A program made the translations under genes and the position numbers. Below the pieces are notes generated by a model. The model ran no database searches, had not been told where the DNA came from, and saw nothing but the letters and a program-made list of their open reading frames with translations. Shown piece after piece: positions 8,711 to 18,234 of a stretch of 64,000 nucleotides of DNA (positions are counted from its first letter, which is position 1; every line of letters starts with the position of its first letter). The stretch comes from Candidatus Omnitrophota bacterium (lineage in GTDB: Bacteria; Omnitrophota; Omnitrophia; Omnitrophales; Aquincolibacteriaceae). The DNA lies in contig JBAYVF010000002.1 in the NCBI GenBank assembly GCA_041674705.1, positions 14,330-78,329 of the forward strand, in the 5' to 3' direction.

Positions 8711-10310
8711 CCGTGAGTTCGGGAGGGACTTCGCTTTTTTTAGGAAGTTTTACTTTGAGCGCTATCACGGGTTTCCGGATTCCATATTTCATAAGGAGAC
8801 AACAGATCTTTTAAAGGGCATTTCCGTTAAGCGAGGTCAAAAACTTGCGATTGCGGCCCCTCGGGCCAGCGCTAAAAGCACGTTGATCACGCTGGAATAT
8901 GTTCTTTACTCGATCTGCTACCGGTTAGATCCCTTTATTGTTATTTTTTCTAGTACCACGGACCAGTCAGAAAGATTTCTGTCGGATATCAAGAGGGAAC
9001 TAGAATCGAATCCTAGGTTGATCTTAGATTTTCCGGAGATTTGCGAATTCGAGAAGAAGCCGGGCCCCCCGAGATGGTGCAAACGGGAGATATTGACGAA
9101 GAATGACGTAAATGTGGTTGCGATGAGTCCCGGAAAGCAGGCCCGCGGAATGAGGAACCGCGAGGTGCGGCCATCGCTTATCATTTTGGATGACGCAGAA
9201 ACGGACGAAAAGATTCAATCGGCCGAGCAGTACGACAAGATTCATGATTGGTTCACGAAGACGGTGCTGAAGCTCGGGAGTGCCGAGACCAATATTATCG
9301 TGGCCGGGACGATTCATCATTACAATTCCTTGCTTGCTCAGTATGTGAATGAAAAATCTAACCCGGACTGGATCAAACGGATCTATCGTTCCGTCATATC
9401 GTGGTCTATTAACCCACAGTTGTGGGAGAAATGGGCCAAGATCTATCATTATCACGAGGCATTCAATGGGGAAGACGGCCCGGCCGCAGCGGCGGAGTAT
9501 TTCGAAGCGCACCGGGATGCAATGCTGGAAGGCACGAAAGTCCTCTGGCCGGAGTACAAAAGTTACTACGAGCTCATGAAGATGCGGGAAAGCGGCGGGC
9601 ACGCGAGCTTTGATAGTGAGATGCAGAATGAGCCTGTGAATCCCGCGGAATGTGATTTTAATCTGGATGAAGCGTATTTTTGGGATGACCGTTTCGGGTC
9701 GCTACAAGAGCTGCTGTCCTCGCTGGAGGGTCATTGCAAAATCTACGGTGCTTGTGACCCCAGCATGGGAAAGCAACAAAGGCGCGGGGATTATTCTGCG
9801 ATCGTAGTAGTAGCTAAAGACACGAATTCCGGGGCCTTGTACGTGATCCTGGCTGATATTGCGCGTCGTAAACCAGATGAGACGATCGATGCCGTGCTCG
9901 CGCATTATCAATCTCTGGACTGTTCACGGTTTTCTTTCGAGACAAACCAGTTTCAGGAGTTTATGAAAGACGAACTGGAGAAACGGGGAAAGGCTCGTGG
10001 TGTTTATCCAGCGATCGAAGGTGTAAAGCACGCGTCGGACAAACAGCTCAGGATCCAGAGCCTTCAGCCGCTTGTAAAGAACGGTTCGATTCAGCTCTCA
10101 AGAAAACACCGGACGCTTCTTGAACAGTTGAAATACTTCCCCAAGGCGAGCCACGACGACGGTCCCGATGCCCTTGAAATGGCTGTGAGTCTGAGTAAGA
10201 ACTCAGATGGAGCTGTTTGTGGGACTCTTGATCGGGATGTGTCTCCTGGGCAGAGGGGGCAAGAGGTCTTTAGATATCCTTTACCCATCCGACGACAGAT
10301 TTTGCCCTAG
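8673..10310 (+). CDS. phage terminase large subunit
   Basis: ATPase Walker A-like AAPRASAKST and Walker B SLIILDDAE. C-terminal RNaseH-like nuclease motifs GACDPS...DYSAIVVVA and HDDGPDALEMA. Confidence 0.85.
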   Translation: MNQTPQGQLSQINREFGRDFAFFRKFYFERYHGFPDSIFHKETTDLLKGISVKRGQKLAIAAPRASAKSTLITLEYVLYSICYRLDPFIVIFSSTTDQSERFLSDIKRELESNPRLILDFPEICEFEKKPGPPRWCKREILTKNDVNVVAMSPGKQARGMRNREVRPSLIILDDAETDEKIQSAEQYDKIHDWFTKTVLKLGSAETNIIVAGTIHHYNSLLAQYVNEKSNPDWIKRIYRSVISWSINPQLWEKWAKIYHYHEAFNGEDGPAAAAEYFEAHRDAMLEGTKVLWPEYKSYYELMKMRESGGHASFDSEMQNEPVNPAECDFNLDEAYFWDDRFGSLQELLSSLEGHCKIYGACDPSMGKQQRRGDYSAIVVVAKDTNSGALYVILADIARRKPDETIDAVLAHYQSLDCSRFSFETNQFQEFMKDELEKRGKARGVYPAIEGVKHASDKQLRIQSLQPLVKNGSIQLSRKHRTLLEQLKYFPKASHDDGPDALEMAVSLSKNSDGAVCGTLDRDVSPGQRGQEVFRYPLPIRRQILP

Positions 10311-10594
10311 GTGAAGCGGCGTTTGGGCTGCTATTTTTCCGGGCACGATGTTGCTTTGTATCACTGCGGCACATCGCTCTTGAAGCAATTTGACACAGTC
10401 CTCAAAGTCATCTCCACATTCAAAACATATCCAAAGTTTTTAAGAAACCATTCTGAAACGAGTTATAGAAACGGCTCCAATTTTTTGCAGCTGGCATGGT
10501 TCTTGTCATAAATGAACCGTCTAAGGCCAGTTTGGCGCCAAGGCCGAAAATGCGCCGACATGACCATTAACAATCAACCGATAAGGAGTTCAGA

Positions 10595-10735
10595 ATGTCG
10601 AACCGAAAACCAGAAACCAGTCTCAAGGGACGTGACGCAAGCACGGGGCAGTTTATTCCTGTGAAAGAAGCGCGCCAGCGTCCAAGTACCACTGTTGTAG
10701 AACGGGTTCCGCTTCCCGGAAAAGGAAGGAAATAG
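10595..10735 (+). CDS. small basic protein, 46 aa (below the ORF-track cutoff)
   Basis: AAGGAG 8 nt upstream of the ATG. Sequence MSNRKPETSLKGRDASTGQFIPVKEARQRPSTTVVERVPLPGKGRK, followed directly by a strong terminator. Resembles a widespread small-protein family from memory (unverified). Confidence 0.5.
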   Translation: MSNRKPETSLKGRDASTGQFIPVKEARQRPSTTVVERVPLPGKGRK

Positions 10736-10742
10736 TTCAAAG

Positions 10743-10781
10743 AGAGCAGCCGGTGATTCATATTGGCTGCTCTTTCTTTTT
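10743..10781 (+). terminator. rho-independent terminator
   Basis: agagcagcc / ggctgctct 9-bp stem followed by ttcttttt. Confidence 0.65.
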
Positions 10782-10812
10782 AAAAATTCTAATTTAAAAC
10801 AGGAGAATCAAT

Positions 10813-11100
10813 ATGGCAGCGAGACATGAGATCCGTTGTATTAAAAAAAGTGACAGAAACAATCCTCACGAGCGTATTTTGCGTATCGGAGGTATCAACC
10901 CTGATGGTAGCCGATGGAGTTTAAGTCAAGAAGAGGCGATCCGTGGCATCGAAGAAAAGAAATGGGAATTTTACGTTACGCAAAATGGAAGGACTACGGA
11001 TGTAATAATTGCAATAAGCCCATATGGACATAAATATATAAAAACGGTTGCTGACGGGGACCATCCCAACAATCTCCTCAGTCTCCCAGAATGTCCATGA
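10813..11100 (+). CDS. DUF3892-like protein
   Basis: RCIKKSDRNNPHERILRIGG...W..SQEEAI..IE pattern typical of DUF3892. Confidence 0.7.
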   Translation: MAARHEIRCIKKSDRNNPHERILRIGGINPDGSRWSLSQEEAIRGIEEKKWEFYVTQNGRTTDVIIAISPYGHKYIKTVADGDHPNNLLSLPECP

Positions 11101-11118
11101 AATAGGTTTGGCCAGATA

Positions 11119-11160
11119 GCTCTTCTTTATGCCGGATTTGAACGCGGCATAAAGAAGAGC
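11119..11160. terminator. perfect 15-bp hairpin (possible terminator, no T-tract)
   Basis: gctcttctttatgcc ... ggcataaagaagagc. Confidence 0.35.
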
Positions 11161-11254
11161 TCTCCTCCAATGACGCTTTTCAACAGAAAAGCGACATTGG
11201 CGTTTCTCTAATGTCGTAATTCTATCCCAAAACGCCATATCAATTGCTGTGAAG

Positions 11255-11875
11255 TTATCTGCAAATCCCCTTTGTGAGGTTTTTTGAAAATGCGAGGAGC
11301 TGTTTTTTGCAGCTCTCGATGCTTTTGTTAGAAAGGATTAGTTCCATAATTGTTATGGCGAACGATTGATTTGTGATTAAAAGAATTAATTCGTCAATAT
11401 CCAAATCTGCTCGAACTAATCCTCTCTTTTGAAATAGGGAAAGCCTTTCTGTGAAAAATAGATCTAAGGGTTTCCTTTTCTGGAGTTCCATCCCCATTTT
11501 GGGATCGACAAGGACTCTCGAAAGGATTACCCGGAAAAACTTTGTGCTTTTAGAGATATTTTCTAGTTTGTTAACGAGAAAACGGTAAATTTCCTCCTGG
11601 GGGGTTTCGGCAGGGGGATAGGGCTTTTCCTTGCTTAGGGCATCAATGCATGAATAGGTGACCTCGACTAATAAATTGGATTTGCTTTTAAAATATCGTT
11701 GGATCAATGACTCATTAAGGTCTGCCCGTTTCGATATCATTTTTGTTGTGGCGGCGTCATAGCCCACTTCGGAGAAGATTTCAAGACCGGCTTGAAGAAT
11801 GCGTTGAGTGCTTCCTTCGCGATTTCGTTTTTTAGGCAGGATTTTTAAAGGCGAAATCATCTTTTTAGAGATCAT
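11255..11875 (-). CDS. TetR/AcrR-family transcriptional regulator
   Basis: N-terminal TetR HTH (RILQAGLEIFSEVGYDAATTKMISKRADLNESLIQRYFKSKSNLL). Divergent from the RND operon. Confidence 0.9.
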   Translation of the reverse strand: MISKKMISPLKILPKKRNREGSTQRILQAGLEIFSEVGYDAATTKMISKRADLNESLIQRYFKSKSNLLVEVTYSCIDALSKEKPYPPAETPQEEIYRFLVNKLENISKSTKFFRVILSRVLVDPKMGMELQKRKPLDLFFTERLSLFQKRGLVRADLDIDELILLITNQSFAITIMELILSNKSIESCKKQLLAFSKNLTKGICR

Positions 11876-11961
11876 AGAATTTAAACCCTCCTCCTATTAG
11901 TCCTCTTTGTGTCCATAGTCTAGGGTATCAGGCTGTAGAAGTCAATTATGTAATTACTTAC

Positions 11962-11990
11962 TTGACAATCGTATGAGGATGTATTATGAT
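11962..11990 (+). promoter_or_regulatory. sigma70-type promoter of the RND efflux operon
   Basis: TTGACA (11962-11967), 17-nt spacer, TATGAT (11985-11990). Confidence 0.5.
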
Positions 11991-11994
11991 TCCT

Positions 11995-12014
11995 AATGTA
12001 AGTGATTGATTACA
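11995..12014. promoter_or_regulatory. putative TetR operator (inverted repeat)
   Basis: ATGTAA-n8-TTACAT just downstream of the -10. A related ATGTAATTAC palindrome lies upstream at about 11948. Confidence 0.35.
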
Positions 12015-12035
12015 TGTGAAAGTCTAGGAGAAAAA

Positions 12036-13271
12036 ATGCAAAGCAAAGTAGATCTGTTTGAGTCTCGTTTCACAACTCTTGTGGAAACAACCGGCGGAAA
12101 GAATAAGAAAAACCTGCCTGATAAGTACAGTTTTTTCCTAGTGGCTCTGCTCCCAAGTATCTTCATCCTGGCGCTGGCGGTTACTGGTTGCAAACCGAAA
12201 GATGTGCCGCCACAGCAAGGTCCCGAAGTGGCTGTGGTTACCATACAACCGGAGAGGGTTGCTATCACGACTGAGTTACCCGGTCGCACAGCCCCATTTC
12301 TTGTCGCTGAAATTCGACCCCAAGTCAATGGCATTATCCAGAAACGTCTGTTTACGGAAGGTTCTGAAATCAAGGCCGGGCAAGAGCTCTATCAGATTGA
12401 TCCCGCTCCTTTTCAGGCGGCGCTCGATAGAGCCAAGGCTAATATACCGGCTCTCCAGTTTCGGGCTAATCGCTACAAGGAAGCCCTGGTTGAAAAGGCG
12501 GTCAGTCAGCAGGACTTTGATGATGCGGATGCTACTTTGAAGCAGATCCAAGCGGAACTGAGAACAGCTCGCATCAATCTTGATTACACCCACATTGTTT
12601 CGCCGATTACCGGCCGTATCGGAACATCCACTGTGACGGAGGGAGCCATTGTGACGGCGTATCAACCTAAAGCCCTTGCGACCGTTCAGCAATTGAATCC
12701 CATCTATGTGGATATCCCCGAATCTACAACCGAATTGCTGCGTTTCCAACGCCACCTCAAAGTGGGTCGCCTTGATTACGATGACGCAAATCAGAATAAA
12801 GTCAAACTCATTTTGGATGATGGGACGCCGTATTCTGAGGATGGGGCACTTCAATTTAAAGATATTACCGTGGACCCGACAACAGGGTCGGTGATCTTGC
12901 GCGCGGTTTTCCAAAATCCGGAAGGCATACTTCTGCCGGGCATGTTTGTTCGGGCGATCATTACTGAGGGTGTTAATGAACAGGCCCTTCTTGTTCCGCA
13001 ACAGGGAGTTGCCCGCAACTCAAAAGGGGACCCGTTGGCGTTGATTGTGGACGCTGAAGAGAAGGTTCAACAGCGGATGCTTACGCTTGACCGAGCTATC
13101 GGCGACAAATGGCTTGTTCTGTCAGGTCTAGAACCAGGGGATAGGGTCATTGTCGAGGGGGTTCTGAAGGTGAGACCCGGTACTTTTGTCCATGCAATCC
13201 CGTTCGGCTCTGGCCCCAAAGATAACCTAGGGGTCAGTAAAACCGTTCAACCATCCGCAGATTCGGATTAA
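12036..13271 (+). CDS. RND efflux membrane-fusion lipoprotein (AcrA/MexA family)
   Basis: GGAG RBS. Lipobox LAVTGC. Typical MFP motifs (RPQVNGII, YTHIVSPITGRIG). Confidence 0.9.
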   Translation: MQSKVDLFESRFTTLVETTGGKNKKNLPDKYSFFLVALLPSIFILALAVTGCKPKDVPPQQGPEVAVVTIQPERVAITTELPGRTAPFLVAEIRPQVNGIIQKRLFTEGSEIKAGQELYQIDPAPFQAALDRAKANIPALQFRANRYKEALVEKAVSQQDFDDADATLKQIQAELRTARINLDYTHIVSPITGRIGTSTVTEGAIVTAYQPKALATVQQLNPIYVDIPESTTELLRFQRHLKVGRLDYDDANQNKVKLILDDGTPYSEDGALQFKDITVDPTTGSVILRAVFQNPEGILLPGMFVRAIITEGVNEQALLVPQQGVARNSKGDPLALIVDAEEKVQQRMLTLDRAIGDKWLVLSGLEPGDRVIVEGVLKVRPGTFVHAIPFGSGPKDNLGVSKTVQPSADSD

Positions 13272-13282
13272 CGGAAAATTCT

Positions 13283-16200
13283 ATGTTGTCAAAATTCTTT
13301 CTGGATCGCCCGGTTTTCGCTTGGGTTATTGCCATTATTCTGATGGTGTTGGGGGTATTGGCTATTTTTCAATTACCTATCTCGCAATATCCCCCTATCG
13401 CGCCACCTTCCATTGCCATTAGTTCCTTTTATCCAGGAGCTTCAGCTGAGACGGTGGAAAATACCGTGAGCCAGATCATCGAACAAAAGATGACCGGATT
13501 TGAAGATCTGCTCTATATGTCTGCCAAAAGCGATTCAGCTGGTTCCTCCCGTATTGAGTTGACCTTCAGGGCGGGGACTGATCCGGATCTTGCCTGGTCC
13601 AAGGTTCAAAATAAGCTCCAACTCGCCATGGCCAGTCTTCCGGAAGTGGTTCAGCGTTCGGGTGTCACGGTCGGAAAATCCACGCGGAATTATCTGATCA
13701 TCGTGGGCTTGATCTCGGAAGACGGCAACATGGACGGTAACGACTTGCGGGATTATGCCCAGTCCAATCTGGAAAAGGTTCTGGCGCGTGTGCCTGGAGT
13801 TGGTGAGGTCGAGAATTTCGGTTCGCAATATTCGATGCGCGTCTGGCTGAATCCCGACAAACTGAACGACTATAACCTTACCATAGCAGATATTGTTGCA
13901 GCGGTGAAGATTTACAATGTAGAAGTTTCCTCAGGTCAGTTTGGCGGACTTCCGGCAGTGCCAGGCCAGCGTTTGAACGCCTCTATCATTGTCCAGAATT
14001 TACTCCAAACTCCTGAAGAATTTGCCAATATTCCGCTTCGGACCAATCCCGATGGATCCATTGTAAGAGTTAAGGATGTGGGGCGGACGGAACTGGGGTC
14101 TGAATCCTACGATGTTGAGGCCGCCTACAATGGAAAACCTGCCGCGGCCATGGCCATCCGTCAGGCCCCAGGAGCTAACGCGCTGGATACAGCTGAGGCG
14201 GTCAAATCAAAATTGAAGGAAATGAGTCAGTATTTTCCTCAAGGGATGAAGGTGGTCTATCCTTACGATACTACACCGATTGTGGAGGTGGCCATCGATG
14301 AGGTGGTCAAAACACTTTTTGAGGCGATTCTATTGGTTTTCCTGGTCATGTTTTTGTTCATGGGGAACTTTCGAGCCACGTTAATCCCGACCATCGCGGT
14401 GCCAGTGGTTCTTTTGGGCACCTTCGCTGTGTTGGGGGCTTTCGGGTTTTCCATTAACATGTTGACGATGTTTGCTATGGTTCTGGCTATTGGTCTTCTG
14501 GTGGATGACGCCATCGTGGTGGTCGAAAATGTGGAGCGGATCATGACCGAGGAAGGACTTTCTCCTCGAGAGGCCACTGCCAAGTCCATGGGGCAAATCA
14601 CCAGCGCCTTGATCGGTATCGGATTGGTTCTCTCGGCGGTGTTTGGCCCCATGGCGTTCTTCGCCGGTTCGACAGGTGTCATCTACCGCCAGTTTTCCGT
14701 TACCATTATTGCCTCCATGCTGCTGTCAGTGATTGTGGCTTTGGTCCTGACGCCTGTCCTATGCGCTTCACTGCTCAAGCCGGTCACTAAAGGGCATGAA
14801 CCTGCGGAAAATGCGATCTGGTTCCTCCGGCCGTTCTTTTTGTGGTTCGACAAGAATTTCTTTGGGATCCGGGATCGTTATCTGGCCGTGGTGAAACATT
14901 CTCTAGCCAAAAAATCGCGTTACCTAGTCATTTATGTTGGAATTGTGGCTCTGATCGGATTCCTGTTCATGCGCCTGCCTACAGGATATTTGCCGGACGA
15001 AGACCAGGGAATGTTGCTTTCTCAAATCATTATGCCAACGGGCGCTACTCTGGAGCAGACCCAGGTAGTTGCGGATGGAGTCCAGCGTTATTTTCAAGAG
15101 AACGAGAAAGAGGCAGTGGAATCCTGCATGACAATCTCGGGCATGGGATTCGCAGGAAGAGGGCAAAATAATGGCATGGTCTTTGTCAAACTGAAGGACT
15201 GGAAACTGCGTCACCGGAAAGATTTGAAAGCCAAAGCCATTGCTGGAAGGGCTATGAGGGCATTCTCGTCCAATCGCAAGGCGATGATTTTTGTTTTTCC
15301 ACCTCCAGCTGTTGTTGAGTTAGGCAATGCCCAGGGCGTGGATTTCCAGTTGGTGGATCGTGGTGGTCTTGGTCACGCTGCTCTGATGGAGGCCCGCAAC
15401 CAATTGCTTGGCATGGCAACTAAAGATGCACGGCTGGCTAGCGTTCGGCCCAACGGCATGGAAGATGTGCCCCAGTTCCGGGTGGATGTGGATTGGGAGA
15501 AAGCAGGTGCCCTTGGGTTGCCTATCAGCTCAATCCACAGCACCATTTCGGCGGCTTTCGGCAGTGCATATATAAATGATTTCATTCAAGCCGGACGGGT
15601 CAAGCGAGTCTATATTCAAGCGGATGCTCCGTATCGCATGCTTCCCAAAGATCTGGAAAAGCTTTATGTCCGCAACACAGCCGGGAAGATGGTTCCATTT
15701 GCATCGTTCGCTTCGACACGATGGACATCTGGTTCTCCTCAGTTAGAGCGTTTTAACGGATTTCCGTCTCTGAATATCTGGGGGGAGCCTGCTTTACATC
15801 GAAGTTCTGGTGAGGCCATGCAGGCCATGGAGGATATCTCTTCAAAGTTGCCTACAGGTATCGGTTATGACTGGGCGGGGCTTTCTTATCAGGAAAGGAT
15901 GGCCACAGCCCAAGGTCCGATTCTCTATATATTTTCTATTTTAGTAATCTTTCTTTGCGTGGCGGCGTTGTATGAAAGTTGGAGCATCCCTTTTGTCAAT
16001 CTGTTGATGTTGCCGTTGGGTGTGTTGGGGGCGTTAATGGCAACTTTTCTGCGCGGATTGCCCAACGATGTTTATTTCCAGATCGGATTTCTGACAACGA
16101 TGGGGCTTTCGACCAAGAACGCCATTCTCATCATTCAGTTCATACAAGAACAAATGGGGCAAGGACTGGGACTTGTTGAGGCCACCCTTGCTGCAGTAAA

Positions 16201-16462
16201 GATCCGATTCCGGCCCGTTATCATGACTTCTCTGGCGTTTTTCTTTGGAACGCTACCCCTAGCCACCGCCACTGGCGCCGGTGCTGGTGCCATGAATGCC
16301 ATTGGCACTGCAGTCACCGGTGGCATGCTTTCAGCTACATTCATTGACCTTATTTTTATTCCGCTGTTCTTTGTCCTTATATCCAGCCTCTTTGGCAAGC
16401 GGCAACCGAAGACCAAAGCGGTCGACGCGGTGATCCCGGCTTTACCGGAGAAAGCGTCATGA
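13283..16462 (+). CDS. RND multidrug efflux permease (AcrB/MexB family)
   Basis: 1,059 aa. FFLDRPVFAWVIAI N-terminus, and conserved GLLVDDAIVVVENVER and TM-rich halves. Confidence 0.95.
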   Translation: MLSKFFLDRPVFAWVIAIILMVLGVLAIFQLPISQYPPIAPPSIAISSFYPGASAETVENTVSQIIEQKMTGFEDLLYMSAKSDSAGSSRIELTFRAGTDPDLAWSKVQNKLQLAMASLPEVVQRSGVTVGKSTRNYLIIVGLISEDGNMDGNDLRDYAQSNLEKVLARVPGVGEVENFGSQYSMRVWLNPDKLNDYNLTIADIVAAVKIYNVEVSSGQFGGLPAVPGQRLNASIIVQNLLQTPEEFANIPLRTNPDGSIVRVKDVGRTELGSESYDVEAAYNGKPAAAMAIRQAPGANALDTAEAVKSKLKEMSQYFPQGMKVVYPYDTTPIVEVAIDEVVKTLFEAILLVFLVMFLFMGNFRATLIPTIAVPVVLLGTFAVLGAFGFSINMLTMFAMVLAIGLLVDDAIVVVENVERIMTEEGLSPREATAKSMGQITSALIGIGLVLSAVFGPMAFFAGSTGVIYRQFSVTIIASMLLSVIVALVLTPVLCASLLKPVTKGHEPAENAIWFLRPFFLWFDKNFFGIRDRYLAVVKHSLAKKSRYLVIYVGIVALIGFLFMRLPTGYLPDEDQGMLLSQIIMPTGATLEQTQVVADGVQRYFQENEKEAVESCMTISGMGFAGRGQNNGMVFVKLKDWKLRHRKDLKAKAIAGRAMRAFSSNRKAMIFVFPPPAVVELGNAQGVDFQLVDRGGLGHAALMEARNQLLGMATKDARLASVRPNGMEDVPQFRVDVDWEKAGALGLPISSIHSTISAAFGSAYINDFIQAGRVKRVYIQADAPYRMLPKDLEKLYVRNTAGKMVPFASFASTRWTSGSPQLERFNGFPSLNIWGEPALHRSSGEAMQAMEDISSKLPTGIGYDWAGLSYQERMATAQGPILYIFSILVIFLCVAALYESWSIPFVNLLMLPLGVLGALMATFLRGLPNDVYFQIGFLTTMGLSTKNAILIIQFIQEQMGQGLGLVEATLAAVKIRFRPVIMTSLAFFFGTLPLATATGAGAGAMNAIGTAVTGGMLSATFIDLIFIPLFFVLISSLFGKRQPKTKAVDAVIPALPEKAS

Positions 16463-17922
16463 GACGAACGCTTATTCTGATCTTAACGCTGGCGGTGGGA
16501 CTTAGCGGCTGCACCATGATCCCGAAATACAAGCGGCCGGAAGCTCCGATTCCGGGCCAATGGCCCAACGGGGCAGCGTATCCGGTCACGAAGCCTGCGA
16601 CCGGAACTTCAGAGGCCACTCAATTGAAATGGCAGGAATTTTTCACCGATCCAAAGTTGCAAAAGATCATCGAGACGGCTCTCAAGAACAACCGGGATCT
16701 TCGGCTTGCCGCCTTGAATGTGGAAAGAGCACGTGCCCTGTATGGCATTAGCCGGGCCGATCTGCTTCCGATTGTTGATGCGGGTGTAGGGGGAAACCAA
16801 CAACAAGTTTCTGCCGATATTGTTGGTCCCATGGTCAAGAGGACGTCTAAAAACTATGACGTTAATCTGGGGATTGCTGCCTGGGAGGTCGATTTTTTCG
16901 GCCGTATCCGCAGTCTAGAAAAACAAGCGTTGGAGGAATATCTAAATACGGAGGAAGCTCGTCGTAGCGCGCAGATATCGCTGGTGTCCTCCGTGGCTGA
17001 AGCGTATTTGGCCCTGGCGGCGAATCAGGAGAATCTTGCTTTGGCGGAGAGTACCCTTCAGAGCCAGACATCCTCCTACAATATGGTGAAGCGGCAGTAT
17101 GCGCTGGGGGTTGCAAACGGACTGGATCTCCATCGTGCCCAAACGCCGGTGGAAATCGCCCGCCGCGACATTGCCCGTTATACGGAATTTGTAGCGCAGA
17201 GCCAAAACGCATTGAACCTTCTGGCCGGTTCTCCAGTGCCGGAAGATCTCTTGCCGTTTGATCTGGCCGGTGTTAGTCCCACGAAAGATATTTCCACGGG
17301 CCTATCTTCCGAGGTGCTTCTTAGGCGTCCGGATATTATGGCCGCGGAACATCGGCTAAAAGGCGCCTATGCCAATATCGGGGCGGCCCGGGCCGCCTTC
17401 TTTCCTCAAATTTCACTGACAACCACTCTCGGTACTGCCAGCAACGAGCTTTCGGGCCTGTTCAAAGCTGGCACGAGTACATGGCTTTATGGGGCGCAAG
17501 CTACGATGCCGATCTTCGATGCGCGTACCTGGTTCGCATACAGAGTCAGCAAGGCGGACCGGGAGATCGCGCTGACCCAGTATGAGAAAGCTATCCAAAC
17601 GGCTTTCAGAGAGGTGGCTGATACCCTTGCCGTGCGTGGCACTGTGGGACAGCAGGTGACGGCCCAACAATCCCTGGTCGATACGCTTGCTGAAACCTAT
17701 CGATTGTCGAATTTCCGCTATACGAGGGGGATTGACAGCTATCTGGGCGTCCTCGATGCTCAACGGGAGCTCTTTGCGGCGCAACAGGCATTGGTTCTCC
17801 TTCTTCAGGAGAAGTTCGCTAACCGGGTACGTCTTTACGCCGTTTTAGGCGGGGGCGTGGAATATTCTGAAGCTGCTGAAACCTCTGTGATCAAAAAATT
17901 CTTCCGGCTTTTCCGTATTTAA
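16459..17922 (+). CDS. outer-membrane efflux lipoprotein (NodT/OprM family)
   Basis: 4-nt overlap with the permease gene. Lipobox LSGC. WWxxFxDxxL-type N-terminal motif and two OEP repeats. Confidence 0.9.
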   Translation: MRRTLILILTLAVGLSGCTMIPKYKRPEAPIPGQWPNGAAYPVTKPATGTSEATQLKWQEFFTDPKLQKIIETALKNNRDLRLAALNVERARALYGISRADLLPIVDAGVGGNQQQVSADIVGPMVKRTSKNYDVNLGIAAWEVDFFGRIRSLEKQALEEYLNTEEARRSAQISLVSSVAEAYLALAANQENLALAESTLQSQTSSYNMVKRQYALGVANGLDLHRAQTPVEIARRDIARYTEFVAQSQNALNLLAGSPVPEDLLPFDLAGVSPTKDISTGLSSEVLLRRPDIMAAEHRLKGAYANIGAARAAFFPQISLTTTLGTASNELSGLFKAGTSTWLYGAQATMPIFDARTWFAYRVSKADREIALTQYEKAIQTAFREVADTLAVRGTVGQQVTAQQSLVDTLAETYRLSNFRYTRGIDSYLGVLDAQRELFAAQQALVLLLQEKFANRVRLYAVLGGGVEYSEAAETSVIKKFFRLFRI

Positions 17923-18003
17923 TATTAAGTCTTTGAATTCGGCAAATTGCGGCGCTCATGGATTTTAAAGATGCTGTAACCGACTCGAGAAAACGAGTTC
18001 GCT

Positions 18004-18231
18004 ATGATTACAAAAATTGGTATTTGTGCTGGCCAAGTTCTGCTTTGTCTCGAAACACATCAAAGGCAGATGCCCGTGAATGTTCTTTTGCGGGAGATCG
18101 ATGCTTCCTCGGAGCTCATATTAATGGCTGTCGGGTGGCTTGCGCGGGAAAGTTATGTGCATATCCATGGCGCGGCCCCTATGAGCGGTACCATCTCCTT
18201 GAAAAAAGATCCTCCGCACGGTGGCGAATAG
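18004..18231 (+). CDS. small winged-helix protein (DUF2582-like)
   Basis: ICAGQVLLCLE...LLREIDASSELILMAVGWLARE pattern. Preferred over the overlapping 17958..18290 ORF. Confidence 0.5.
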   Translation: MITKIGICAGQVLLCLETHQRQMPVNVLLREIDASSELILMAVGWLARESYVHIHGAAPMSGTISLKKDPPHGGE

Positions 18232-18234
18232 AAT

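Noticed and set aside
10311-10510. Possible frameshifted minus-strand pseudogene after the terminase gene (MTRTMPAAKNWSRFYNSFQNGFLKTLDMF* then, in another frame, ECGDDFEDCVKLLQERCAAVIQSNIVPGK...)
   Set aside because: Only short fragments with no recognisable family. The + strand track ORF 10311-10511 is equally unconvincing. There is not enough evidence to call a pseudogene.
14865-14870. GGATCC avoidance in the chromosome as evidence for an active BamHI-like enzyme
   Set aside because: GGATCC sites are easily found by eye (14865, 23221, 34356 and others), so there is no obvious depletion. I cannot compute observed/expected ratios, so no claim is made.
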